Source: Blastocatellia bacterium (lineage in GTDB: Bacteria; Acidobacteriota; Blastocatellia; UBA7656). From it: a stretch of DNA of 64,000 nucleotides. The translations under genes and the position numbers were made by a program. Shown piece after piece: positions 48,951-58,116 of the stretch (the first letter of the stretch is position 1; every line of letters starts with the position of its first letter). The stretch covers positions 896,001 through 960,000 of the forward strand of contig CAVXWP010000001.1 of the NCBI GenBank assembly GCA_963765495.1, read 5' to 3'. Under the pieces are notes generated by a model. It had not been told where the DNA came from. It saw only the letters and a list, made by a program, of their open reading frames with translations, and did no database searches.

Positions 48951-49038
48951 TGATGCGTGATGCGTGACCTCCGGGCAGGCCGCCTGTTAAAGACAACGTG
49001 CAAGCCTTGTAATTCACGCATCACGCATCACGTATCAC
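48950..49038. repeat. Heptamer-array hairpin element (family A)
   Basis: Starts at the cysK stop; core CGGGCAGGCCGCCTGTTAAAGACAACGTGCAAGCC. Confidence 0.88.
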
Positions 49039-49049
49039 TATTCATTCCA

Positions 49050-50576
49050 ATGCCGGAAACATCTGCTCGCGTCTGCGCCGTTATCATCGAAGAGACGACC
49101 GAGCGTGCTCGCCAGGCAATCGAGCGCGCAACGGGGCGGGCCGACCTCGTTGAGTTAAGGCTCGATTATCTGCGCGACTTCGATTTCACAGGCATTGATA
49201 ATCTTCGATTTCTGCTTGAAGGCAGACGACTTCCGGCGATAATAACCTGTCGAGCCGTAAGCGAAGGCGGACGTCAGGCTATAGGTGACGACCTGCGGCT
49301 GCGATTGCTGGTTGAGGGGGCGCGGCGCTGGGCCGATTATTGCGATGTTGAGGCCGAATATTACTCTCAGGCCGCAATACTTTCGCCCGATATTTCACGG
49401 TTGATAGTCTCTTATCACAACTTCGACAAAACGCCTTCGGATCTGGATCGCGTTTATGATCGAGTGTGCGGTCTTCCTGCGAGCATTCACAAGATAGTGA
49501 CTCGCGCCCTGAGCCCGTCGGATGCGCTTGCCGTCTTTGGTTTGCTTGATCGCGCTCGAAACGAGGGGCGCAATCTGATCGCTCTGGCGATGGGAGAGCA
49601 GGGCTTGATGACTCGCGTGCTTGGGCCGAGCCGGGGTTGCTACCTCACTTACTGCGCGCTTGCCGATGGGCGCGAAAGCGCGCCGGGTCAGATTACCTGT
49701 AAAGAATTGAGCGAGCTTTACCGCGTTCCCACCCTCTCAGATAAAACCTCGATCACGGGGATAATCGGTAGCCCTGTCGGGCATTCTGCATCGCCTGCCA
49801 TGCACAACGCCGCCTTTCGAGCCGAAGGGCTCGACTTTGTTTACCTGCCTTTTGAAGTGAGTGATGTGAGCGATTTTTTTGCTCGTTTCGTACGGCCCGC
49901 GACGCGCGAAATTGATTGGCGCTTACGCGGCCTGAGCGTAACCATCCCGCATAAACAGGCGGTCATGCCGCTGCTCGACAGTCTCGATGAAACGGCTCGC
50001 GGGGCAGGCGCGGTCAATACGGTAATCCTGGATGGCGAAAGGGTTTTGGGATACAACACGGATGTTCATGGGGCGATTGAGCCGCTTGAAAGAATCTGTG
50101 TCCTGACGGATGAAAGCTTTGCGGTAATAGGTGCGGGCGGTTCTGCGCGGGCGGTCGTGTACGGGCTTTGCGAGCGCGGCGCGCGCGTGAGGCTGTTTGC
50201 CCGCGACACGGAGCGGGCGCGACTTCTGGTCGAAAATTTCGGAGTGAGTTTACACCCCCTCGAATCGCTGGCCGCAAGTGATGCAAGCGTCCTTATCAAC
50301 ACCACTCCCGTGGGGATGCGCGGACACAGCGAAGGTGAGAGCGTCGTGCCACGTTCGGCGCTTGCCGGTCGAAAGATCGCCTATGATCTGGTTTACAATC
50401 CCCTTGAAACGCGATTCTTAAAAGAGGCGCGGGCCGAAGGCTGCCGGACCCTGAGCGGCATCGAAATGCTTATTGCTCAGGCTGCATTGCAATTCAGGTT
50501 ATGGACCGGGCGGCAAGCACCTCTCAGCCTTTTGCGAAAGGCTGCCTTTGACAGGCTCAAATTAGCGACTGGATGA
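49050..50576 (+). CDS. aroE: Bifunctional type I 3-dehydroquinate dehydratase / shikimate dehydrogenase (AroD-AroE fusion)
   Basis: AroD motifs VELRLD, SYHNF and APGQ; AroE motifs HSASPAMHN, VTIPHK, NTD and GAGGSARA. Confidence 0.92.
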   Translation: MPETSARVCAVIIEETTERARQAIERATGRADLVELRLDYLRDFDFTGIDNLRFLLEGRRLPAIITCRAVSEGGRQAIGDDLRLRLLVEGARRWADYCDVEAEYYSQAAILSPDISRLIVSYHNFDKTPSDLDRVYDRVCGLPASIHKIVTRALSPSDALAVFGLLDRARNEGRNLIALAMGEQGLMTRVLGPSRGCYLTYCALADGRESAPGQITCKELSELYRVPTLSDKTSITGIIGSPVGHSASPAMHNAAFRAEGLDFVYLPFEVSDVSDFFARFVRPATREIDWRLRGLSVTIPHKQAVMPLLDSLDETARGAGAVNTVILDGERVLGYNTDVHGAIEPLERICVLTDESFAVIGAGGSARAVVYGLCERGARVRLFARDTERARLLVENFGVSLHPLESLAASDASVLINTTPVGMRGHSEGESVVPRSALAGRKIAYDLVYNPLETRFLKEARAEGCRTLSGIEMLIAQAALQFRLWTGRQAPLSLLRKAAFDRLKLATG

Positions 50577-50789
50577 AGTAATACAGCATTTTTTTGGCGC
50601 TCAATTTTCAGAAACTTCTTTGCGAACGCGGCCTCTTTTCGACGGAATACTTTGTGCGCCGGTTGATTCTCGGCTTTCATATTATTGCGCTTACGAGTGG
50701 AGCGTTATAGAATTGTCAACCTGAAAATATCGTCTTCTTGTCCGATCATCTGAAGACGCGACCCGCAACGTGCCCAGGAGGGAAACCTT

Positions 50790-52487
50790 ATGAAAGCACT
50801 TTTGCGCGCATTCTCGATGATAGTCCTGACCTGTCTTTTTCTGATTGGCGCGCTGAACTCTGTTTTTGCACAGGATTCAACAACCTCGACATGCTCTATA
50901 ACAGGGCGCGTCACCATTGACAAAGAAGCGGTGGCGGGTGTTGTCGTGGTTGCAAACGTCGAATTTTCCAGCAACTCGATCAGTATAGAGCGAAGGATCA
51001 ATGGTTCCTTATCCCGGAAGGCCACGACCGATGGAGAAGGCATCTATTGCATCACGGGGGTCAGGGCGGGCCAGTATAGAGTCTCGGCGGCTACGCCCAC
51101 CTTTGTATCCGCAAATGATGATGATCGTGGCAGAAGCGAAACGCTTGTGACTCTTGCGGAAGGCGAGACGGTCGAAGGAATTGATTTCTCGCTCAAACGC
51201 GGCGGCGTCATCACGGGTCACGTAACGGATTCCGATGGACAACCGGCCGTTTCTGAACCCGTTTTTTTGAAACTGGCCGATAAATCAGGAACCTTTCAAA
51301 AATATTATCCTGGATTACATACGTCCCTTACTGATGATCTCGGCATATACCGCATTTACGGATTGCCTCCCGGCCTCTATCTGGTAAGCGTAGGAGGCGA
51401 AAGTGCCACGCCATATTCTTCGCCTTTCCTGAAGGCATCCAATAGAACGAGAACCTTCTATCCGGGCGTAACCGATGAAGCGAAAGCCAAATCCGTCGAG
51501 GTCTCGTCGGGCGATGAAGCGACCGACATAGATATAAAGATAGGCGCACCGAGCAAGACCTATACACTGAGCGGGCGCGTCATAGACGCAGATACCGGGA
51601 AGCCGGTACCCAATACCAGCGTAATGTACATGGGTACGGAAAGAGAGAATCGGTTTGGGCCGAGCAGGGATGTGACGATTACCGATGCAAAAGGAGAGTT
51701 TCTATTCAGCAACCTTCTGCCAAAGACGTATATGATTTCTCGCGCTTCGAGTACTGATCAAGAAAGCGATCTTTACGGTGAGAGAGTGGAAGTTGAAATA
51801 AAGAACGAAGATATAACCGGCATAGAGATCAAGTTACATCACGGCGCGAGCATGAGCGGCACTGTAGTGATCGAAAATCTGGAAGATCAGAGTATCGCCG
51901 ACAGGTTGAAGGAGACGTATTTGCTGGCGGTTGTCAATGCCCGCGACAGACGATCCGCTTCGACAGGCAAGGCGGACATAGCGCCCGACGGCACCTTTTT
52001 GATCAAGGGATTGAGTCCAGGCCTGGCGAACCTCAGATTGTTAAATAGATACGGTTCAGATGAATTAAAGCTCATGCGGATCGAGCGTGAGGGCATCGAG
52101 GTGCGCGGAGGGATTGAGATAAAGGGGACGGAAGATGTTTCCGGCGTTCGAGTCATCCTCGGCTACGGCAGAGGCATCATTCAGGGGCAGATCGTTATTG
52201 AAGGCGCGCAAATGCCCGCAGATGCCGGAATGACGGTATTACTTAATCGTCCGGGCGCGCCGCCCCTGCCTGACAACTGGTGTAGAGTTGATGCAAACGG
52301 GCGGTTCATCGCCGAGGGGTTACCGCCGGGCGCTTACGAAGTGGAGGTAAGGGTATATGCGGGACCGTCGGGTGTGAATCCGTTTAAGGGCCTGCCCCCG
52401 GTCAAGCAGATCGTCACCGTTACCAACGAGGAACCTACACAGGTAAGGATCGTTCTCGATGCAAGCGCTAAAGAGACAGACAAGTAA
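50790..52487 (+). CDS. Secreted protein with tandem carboxypeptidase-regulatory-like (Ig-like) domains
   Basis: Repeated ITGRVT..., TDDLGIYRIYGLPPG.Y and TFYPG motifs. Confidence 0.8.
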   Translation: MKALLRAFSMIVLTCLFLIGALNSVFAQDSTTSTCSITGRVTIDKEAVAGVVVVANVEFSSNSISIERRINGSLSRKATTDGEGIYCITGVRAGQYRVSAATPTFVSANDDDRGRSETLVTLAEGETVEGIDFSLKRGGVITGHVTDSDGQPAVSEPVFLKLADKSGTFQKYYPGLHTSLTDDLGIYRIYGLPPGLYLVSVGGESATPYSSPFLKASNRTRTFYPGVTDEAKAKSVEVSSGDEATDIDIKIGAPSKTYTLSGRVIDADTGKPVPNTSVMYMGTERENRFGPSRDVTITDAKGEFLFSNLLPKTYMISRASSTDQESDLYGERVEVEIKNEDITGIEIKLHHGASMSGTVVIENLEDQSIADRLKETYLLAVVNARDRRSASTGKADIAPDGTFLIKGLSPGLANLRLLNRYGSDELKLMRIEREGIEVRGGIEIKGTEDVSGVRVILGYGRGIIQGQIVIEGAQMPADAGMTVLLNRPGAPPLPDNWCRVDANGRFIAEGLPPGAYEVEVRVYAGPSGVNPFKGLPPVKQIVTVTNEEPTQVRIVLDASAKETDK

Positions 52488-52544
52488 TTTCCTGTGCGAG
52501 AGCTATCGGGCAAATCGGCTTGAATAAAGAGTCTTGAATAAGGA

Positions 52545-54371
52545 GTGAGAATGAATCGCCTTTTGCACGCGTCCATGTTTCTGATTCTGATTTTAGTAAA
52601 TACATCGAGCGCGCAGACGTCCGCCGCATCTGCAAAGGCCGCGCAATCATCCGCCGGTCGCTCTATTACCGGGCGAGTAATCGGCGAAGGGGGACAGCCT
52701 TTTCGAGACGCGTCCGTTGTGGCGATGTTTGTGGGTGGGGCAACCAGAAGCGCGAGGGCGGCTTCGTTTAATCCCATAACTACGGGCGAGGACGGCAGGT
52801 TTGCGACGAGCGAACTTGAACCGGGCGTCTATGTGGTGTTGGCCTTCTCAAACGGCTACAACATGTCTGATAGAGATGCGCTTCCCTACAACAGACCCGG
52901 CGACAATGTAGCTATCTCAATGGTTAAAGGAGGCGTCATCACGGGGCGAGTAACCGATTTTTCGGGCGAGCCTGCCGTCGAAGCTCCGATTCGAGTCATT
53001 CGCGTCAAGGATGCGGGCAACCACCCGATTCGCCCCGGCGGTTCACCGTTTTCATCCGTATTCAGTATTGCTTCAGCTCCGCCCGGTGGGTGGCGAACAG
53101 ATGATCGAGGCATTTATCGAGTCTATGGATTGCAACCCGGCACATATCAGGTCGCAGCAGGTGAAGGAGAGCGGATGTCTTACCGGGGAAATCGCTATAC
53201 AGGCAACGCACCTACGTACTTTCCTTCGAGCACTCCTGACACCGCCGCAGAAGTATTGGTGCGCGAGGGAGCAGAGGTTACGGGCATAGACATACGCTAT
53301 CGCGAAGACCTCGGACACAGGATCAGCGGAAAAGTTACGGGCGCAATCGGCAGTGGCCCGGGAGCAGTCTCCCTTAAGCTTGATCGCGCACAGGGCGGTA
53401 TAAGGGAAGCATTCTCATACGCTTTACCGGGTACGGCCAATAACGGCTTTCTCATTGATAGTGTGGCGGACGGCGACTATTATCTGACGGCGGAATTCCT
53501 GGCAAATGAAGGTGCAGCTTCAAAACCCCGCCGCGTAAAGGTAAACGGCGCAGACGTTACGGGCATCGAGATTAGCCTTGTGCCGCTCGGCTCGATCTCA
53601 GGGCGTGTAAACATAGAACCGGCTCAGAGGGCCGATCTCAAGCTGGCGTGCAAGGGCAAGCTCGGCGGCATGGCTCAGGAAGTGGTACTTAATGTTCACA
53701 CCGATGGAGACTACAAAGCAGAAGTACCCTTTCGCTCGACGTCTTATAATTTTAAGACTACGACTCCCGATGACAAAGGTGAGTTTAAGATCCGCTTTCT
53801 CGAAGCGGAATCTTATCATCTGAAAATAGAACTGCCCGGCGAGAGCCTCTACGTTCGCGCCATCACTTTGCCCCCGCCCGGCGGGTCGGGGAAGCAGATT
53901 GATGCGGCGCGAAATGCTATAGCGGTCAAAGCCGGAGAGCGCGTTAGTGGAGTCGTCGTCACTTTAAGCGAAGGAGCAGCTACGCTCAGCGGGCGAGTTG
54001 TCACGGCCGAAAAAGAGAAAACCCTGATGGCCCGAATGCGCGTTCATCTCGTACCGGCTGAACCGGAGGCGGGTGACGATGTGCTCAGATTCGCCGAGGC
54101 AGAGCCGGAAAGCGACGGCTCATTCACAATCGAGCACATCGCGCCCGGACGGTACTGGCTCGTGGCGCGGGCTCTTACCGATGAAGAATTATCCGCGAGT
54201 CTCGTTCGCCCTCTGGTGTGGGACGCATCAAACCGCGCCGGACTCCGATTTGAAGGCGAAGCTACAAACACGCCTGTCGAATTGAAACCCTGCCGCGAGG
54301 TCAGGGACCAACTCCTGCGCTACACACCGCTCACCCCGGCAAGCAAAGCTGCTCGGAAGAAATCGAATTAG
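52545..54371 (+). CDS. Paralogous secreted carboxypeptidase-regulatory-like domain protein
   Basis: KGGVITGRVTD, TDDRGIYRVYGLQPG.Y and TYFPSS; same architecture as the upstream gene. Confidence 0.8.
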   Translation: MRMNRLLHASMFLILILVNTSSAQTSAASAKAAQSSAGRSITGRVIGEGGQPFRDASVVAMFVGGATRSARAASFNPITTGEDGRFATSELEPGVYVVLAFSNGYNMSDRDALPYNRPGDNVAISMVKGGVITGRVTDFSGEPAVEAPIRVIRVKDAGNHPIRPGGSPFSSVFSIASAPPGGWRTDDRGIYRVYGLQPGTYQVAAGEGERMSYRGNRYTGNAPTYFPSSTPDTAAEVLVREGAEVTGIDIRYREDLGHRISGKVTGAIGSGPGAVSLKLDRAQGGIREAFSYALPGTANNGFLIDSVADGDYYLTAEFLANEGAASKPRRVKVNGADVTGIEISLVPLGSISGRVNIEPAQRADLKLACKGKLGGMAQEVVLNVHTDGDYKAEVPFRSTSYNFKTTTPDDKGEFKIRFLEAESYHLKIELPGESLYVRAITLPPPGGSGKQIDAARNAIAVKAGERVSGVVVTLSEGAATLSGRVVTAEKEKTLMARMRVHLVPAEPEAGDDVLRFAEAEPESDGSFTIEHIAPGRYWLVARALTDEELSASLVRPLVWDASNRAGLRFEGEATNTPVELKPCREVRDQLLRYTPLTPASKAARKKSN

Positions 54372-54487
54372 CCGGTCCGAGATTTGGAATCTCAAATCTG
54401 CGATCTTATACGGCGCTCTCTGTGTCGCCTGTAGCTGAAACCGGCTATAATTTCATGGCAGATAAAGACTGAGAATCAGGGAAAACA

Positions 54488-55864
54488 ATGGCAAAATCCA
54501 AAGGCCCGAAAACTGTTTATGTATGCCGTCAGTGCGGCTCTCAACAGCCAAAATGGATGGGCAAATGCCCCGATTGCGGCGAGTGGAACGGACTGGTCGA
54601 AGAACGCTCCACGCCCTCACGACCCGAGACCGGGCGCGGCGGGTTGTTTCGCATGCGCGAGGTTGTCCCTCTTGCCTACCAGGACATAGAGAGCCAGGAC
54701 GATTCGCGTCAGCCCTCCGGCATAACCGAGTTCGACCGTGTGCTGGGCGGCGGCATCGTGCCCGGTTCGCTCGTCCTGATTGGCGGGGAGCCGGGTTGCG
54801 GAAAATCGACCCTTCTCACACAGGTTTCAAGCAAGCTCACCGAAACCTGGGGCAAAGTCCTTTATGTGTCGGGCGAGGAGAGCGAGCGCCAGATAAAGCT
54901 CAGAGGCGAGCGGCTGGGCATCAACCCGCAACACCTTTACCTGCTGCCCGAAACATGCCTGGAACGCATCTTTGAAGAGATAGACCGGCTCGACCCGCAG
55001 GCCATCGTAGTCGATTCCGTGCAGACGGTCTTTTCCATGAATCTGGAATCTGCGCCCGGCTCCGTTTCGCAGGTGCGCGAGGTGGCCGGGCAATTCCTGA
55101 TGCTCGCCAAGAACCGCGCCATCCCGGTATTTCTGATCGGGCACGTCACAAAGGAAGGAACGATTGCGGGGCCGAAGGCGCTCGAACACATAGTCGATAC
55201 GGTGCTCTATTTCGAAGGCGAGCGCCATCACAATCACCGCATCATCCGGGCGGTCAAAAACCGATTCGGCGCGGCAAACGAACTTGGGGTCTTCGAGATG
55301 ACCGGCCACGGCCTTGAGCCTGTTCCAAACCCGTCGGGCCTTTTCTTAAATGAGCGTCCGCTCGGGGTTTCAGGCTCGATTGTGACCGCCTCGATGGAAG
55401 GGACCCGGCCTCTGCTTGTCGAATTGCAGGCGCTCGTCACCGAAAATAAATACGGCACGGGACGGCGAATGACTCAGGGCGTAGACGCAAACCGCGTGGC
55501 GCTTTTGATGGCGATGCTCGAAAAACGGGTGGGCATGAACCTGCTGGGTGATGACGTATTTGTAAACGTAGCGGGTGGAATGACGATAGATGAACCGGCG
55601 GCTGACCTCGGCATAGTGGTCGCGATAGCTTCGAGTTATCGCAATCTGGCCGTAGACGAGCGCGCCGCCGTCTTTGGCGAAGTGGGGCTTGCGGGCGAAG
55701 TGCGCGCGACCTCGCAGGCATCGGTTCGGGTGAGAGAAGCCTATGCTATGGGCTTTCGTCGATGCATAATCCCGCAGGGAAACCTGGTCGGGCTTGAATA
55801 TGACGACGGAATAGAGGTGATCGGCATACGCAACGTCGCCGATGCTCTCGATGCAGTATTCTGA
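54488..55864 (+). CDS. radA: DNA repair protein RadA/Sms
   Basis: C4 zinc finger, GGEPGCGKST, KNRFG and Lon-like C-terminus. Confidence 0.97.
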   Translation: MAKSKGPKTVYVCRQCGSQQPKWMGKCPDCGEWNGLVEERSTPSRPETGRGGLFRMREVVPLAYQDIESQDDSRQPSGITEFDRVLGGGIVPGSLVLIGGEPGCGKSTLLTQVSSKLTETWGKVLYVSGEESERQIKLRGERLGINPQHLYLLPETCLERIFEEIDRLDPQAIVVDSVQTVFSMNLESAPGSVSQVREVAGQFLMLAKNRAIPVFLIGHVTKEGTIAGPKALEHIVDTVLYFEGERHHNHRIIRAVKNRFGAANELGVFEMTGHGLEPVPNPSGLFLNERPLGVSGSIVTASMEGTRPLLVELQALVTENKYGTGRRMTQGVDANRVALLMAMLEKRVGMNLLGDDVFVNVAGGMTIDEPAADLGIVVAIASSYRNLAVDERAAVFGEVGLAGEVRATSQASVRVREAYAMGFRRCIIPQGNLVGLEYDDGIEVIGIRNVADALDAVF

Positions 55865-56300
55865 TTTTAGATTTTGGATTTTGGATTTTGGATTCTCACT
55901 TTAGGTAGCGCTATGACTGAACAGGAATTCAAAGACCGCACGAAAGCGTTAGCACTGAGAGTCGTAAGGCTGATAAATGCCTTACCAAGAAACCAAGCGG
56001 CAGAAGTCATTGGAAAGCAGTTGCTTCGTTCCGCCACATCGGTTGGGGCAAATTATCGTGCAGCTTGCCGAGGGAAATCTGCTGCTGATGTAATTAGCAA
56101 ACTCTGTATCGTTGAAGAAGAAGCAGATGAATCTCTATATTGGATGGAACTTCTGATTGAGGCAGAAATTATTCCCAGAACTAAACTTGTGAATTTAATG
56201 TCAGAGACCAATGAGATAATTGCTATGGTTGTTTCGTCAATTAAGACTCTTCGTTCGAATCAACTGCGAAATCTAAAATCTAAAATCTAAAATCCAAAAT
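55863..56300. mobile_element. Candidate IVS-like cassette: inverted heptamer arrays enclosing a four-helix-bundle gene
   Basis: Left arm GATTTTAGATTTTGGATTTTGGATTTTGGATT (55863-55894) and right arm AATCTAAAATCTAAAATCTAAAATCCAAAAT (56270-56300). Mobility is inferred. Confidence 0.55.
55913..56290 (+). CDS. Four-helix-bundle protein (23S rRNA intervening-sequence protein / Avd-like family)
   Basis: QLLRSATSVGANYRAACR...KLCIVEEEADESLYWMELL; visibly AT-richer than the flanking genes. Confidence 0.9.
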   Translation: MTEQEFKDRTKALALRVVRLINALPRNQAAEVIGKQLLRSATSVGANYRAACRGKSAADVISKLCIVEEEADESLYWMELLIEAEIIPRTKLVNLMSETNEIIAMVVSSIKTLRSNQLRNLKSKI

Positions 56301-56436
56301 ACCAAAGGGGATGACGCAGCCCCCGTTGCCTCATCCCCTTCGGCTATTGTTTTGCTTTGTCTGTCGCTTCTCTCAGTTTTGCGATGGCCGACGCAGCCCC
56401 CGTTGCCCCGACCACCGCGTAACTTTTAAGCTACGC
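56296..56436 (-). ncRNA. Candidate sigma54-dependent small RNA with two identical-loop hairpins
   Basis: Hairpins 56381-56418 and 56305-56340 share GGCAACGGGGGCTGCGTC. Stems close with G-U pairs only on the minus strand. A-rich linker, U-rich tail, and a consensus sigma54 promoter directly upstream. Confidence 0.62.
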
Positions 56437-56447
56437 ATATAGGTTTG

Positions 56448-56462
56448 GCAATGCGCGTGCCA
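56448..56462 (-). promoter_or_regulatory. sigma54 promoter for the candidate sRNA
   Basis: Minus strand TGGCACGCGCATTGC is an exact TGGCACG-N4-TTGC match. Confidence 0.75.
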
Positions 56463-56613
56463 TACGGTCATGACCCGCGCGGGTAGCCGTAAATGCTGTA
56501 TTTGAAGAAAAACGCCCGCAAGCTATTTGCCTCCGGTAACAAAACTTGTCAGCCGAATGGTGACATATCGCGTGAGGGGGCCGATTGGCGCACGATGCGC
56601 TATCGCACGGCGC

Positions 56614-56749
56614 GGGGCCGGGGGGCGGGGGCCGGTAGATTGTGGCTTGTACGAATCTGATGCCTGTTGCCGGGGTCATGATGGTGCAGTTCGATTTAGA
56701 CCGATAAGTAGCAGGGTAAACCGGCCCCTGACCCCCGGCCCCCGGCCCC
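56614..56749. repeat. Heptamer-array inverted pair (family E)
   Basis: GGGGCCGGGGGGCGGGGGCCGG ... CCGGCCCCTGACCCCCGGCCCCCGGCCCC. Confidence 0.78.
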
Positions 56750-57081
56750 TACTTTTGGGTAGCAAATCTGTTCAATTCAGTTATAATGTGTGCCGGTTAG
56801 GGGCCTCTCTCTGACCTGACTGGCAGCCAAGGCGATTTTGCGGGCCGGAGCCAGGAATGTATTCGCTCATACTTACCTGAAAACCGCGCCCCTGTAAGCT
56901 CGAAACCGGTCATATCTTCATTCGGGATTCGGGCAGTATCTTTTTTTTATTTGAGCACGATGGCTGAAAGTCATATTTGCGGTCAGGTGACCGCAACCGA
57001 TCTTTAACAATTCAGCTTAACTATTCGCAGTGTCGTATTGCAGGAACGGCTAAAGCGATAGGTAAGACGTGCGGAGGTCAT

Positions 57082-58116
57082 ATGAGATTCGACGTTACTA
57101 TAATTCGTATCGTCTTCATCGCAGCGCTCGTGAGTGCAGGCTATTTGTTAAGGCCCATCTACGGCAATCCTAAGCTTTCATCCGTAGTAGGCATAATCGT
57201 TGCCGCCTCAATAATCTTCTTCGAAACCCGCATACGCAAGGCCACTCTTAAGACTCTTATCGGCGGCGCGGTCGGGTCAATACTTGGGATCACTGGCGCT
57301 ACTTTGATTGGTTGGATCATATCGGCACAGCAGGGAATACCGGAAGAATTCAAATCCTTTGTCACGCTCACTTTGATGTTGTTTATGGGGTATGTGGGAT
57401 TAATCGTAGGTGCAGTCAAGGGGGATTATATTGATCTGGCAGCATTGGGTGGAATACTGGTAGAGAAAGGCGCGACTAAATCACATCCTCTTATCCTCGA
57501 CACTTCGGTGATCATAGATGGACGTGTGGCCGACATTGCCGAGACGGGATTTCTGGCAGGCACTCTGGTTATTCCTCAGTTTGTATTGCGCGAGCTTCAG
57601 CAGATAGCCGACAGCGCAGATTCGATAAAACGTAATCGGGGCCGTCGCGGGCTCGATATCCTTCAGCGCCTTCAAAAGAAGAAGGGCAGCTACGAGATCG
57701 TCATCAGCGAGGCCGATTTCCCCGATGTGCGCGAGGTGGACCACAAACTCATAGAGCTTGCCCGCCAGCTTGAAGGCAAGATCGTAACAAACGATTTCAA
57801 TCTAAATAAAGTCGCTCAACTGCGTGGCGTATCCGTACTCAACATCAACGAACTGGCCAACGCTCTCAAACCCGTGGTTCTGCCCGGAGAGATCATGCGC
57901 GTCTTTGTGCTCAAAGAGGGGAAAGAGTACAACCAGGGCGTCGCCTATCTTGATGACGGCACAATGGTAGTCGTAGACAACGCTCGCCGCATGATAGGCA
58001 AGAACGTGGACGTTTCGGTGACATCCGTATTGCAGACGACGGCCGGAAAGATGATCTTTGGCCGCTTCAGTGAGGACGGGCGCGCAGCCGCCCCGCGTCA
58101 TTCGGCCTCGCAGTGA
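57082..58116 (+). CDS. PIN/TRAM-domain membrane protein (YacL family)
   Basis: Four TM helices, LDTSVIIDGR, TNDFNLNKVA, GVAYLDDGTMVVV and LQTTAGKMIF; GGAGG RBS. Confidence 0.93.
   Translation: MRFDVTIIRIVFIAALVSAGYLLRPIYGNPKLSSVVGIIVAASIIFFETRIRKATLKTLIGGAVGSILGITGATLIGWIISAQQGIPEEFKSFVTLTLMLFMGYVGLIVGAVKGDYIDLAALGGILVEKGATKSHPLILDTSVIIDGRVADIAETGFLAGTLVIPQFVLRELQQIADSADSIKRNRGRRGLDILQRLQKKKGSYEIVISEADFPDVREVDHKLIELARQLEGKIVTNDFNLNKVAQLRGVSVLNINELANALKPVVLPGEIMRVFVLKEGKEYNQGVAYLDDGTMVVVDNARRMIGKNVDVSVTSVLQTTAGKMIFGRFSEDGRAAAPRHSASQ

Noticed and set aside
49050-50576. AroD-AroE fusion as a novelty
   Set aside because: This bifunctional architecture is already known from plants and several bacterial phyla.
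12705-55912. Extended N-termini in the ORF track (12705, 47935, 48957, 55874)
   Set aside because: The extensions are translations of intergenic repeat elements; downstream ATGs fit the protein families better.
55913-56290. Diversity-generating retroelement, because the protein is Avd-like
   Set aside because: No reverse transcriptase and no template/variable repeat pair was seen in the window.
56373-56438. 21-aa minus-strand ORF (MRSLKVTRWSGQRGLRRPSQN) in the candidate sRNA
   Set aside because: It starts at or just before the predicted TSS with no RBS, and the hairpin pattern is better explained as RNA structure. A leaderless peptide cannot be fully excluded.
56585-56600. Plus-strand GG-N10-GC motif (TTGGCGCACGATGCGC)
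   Set aside because: Poor match at both boxes; a TATAAT near 56782 is a likelier promoter element for the PIN/TRAM gene.
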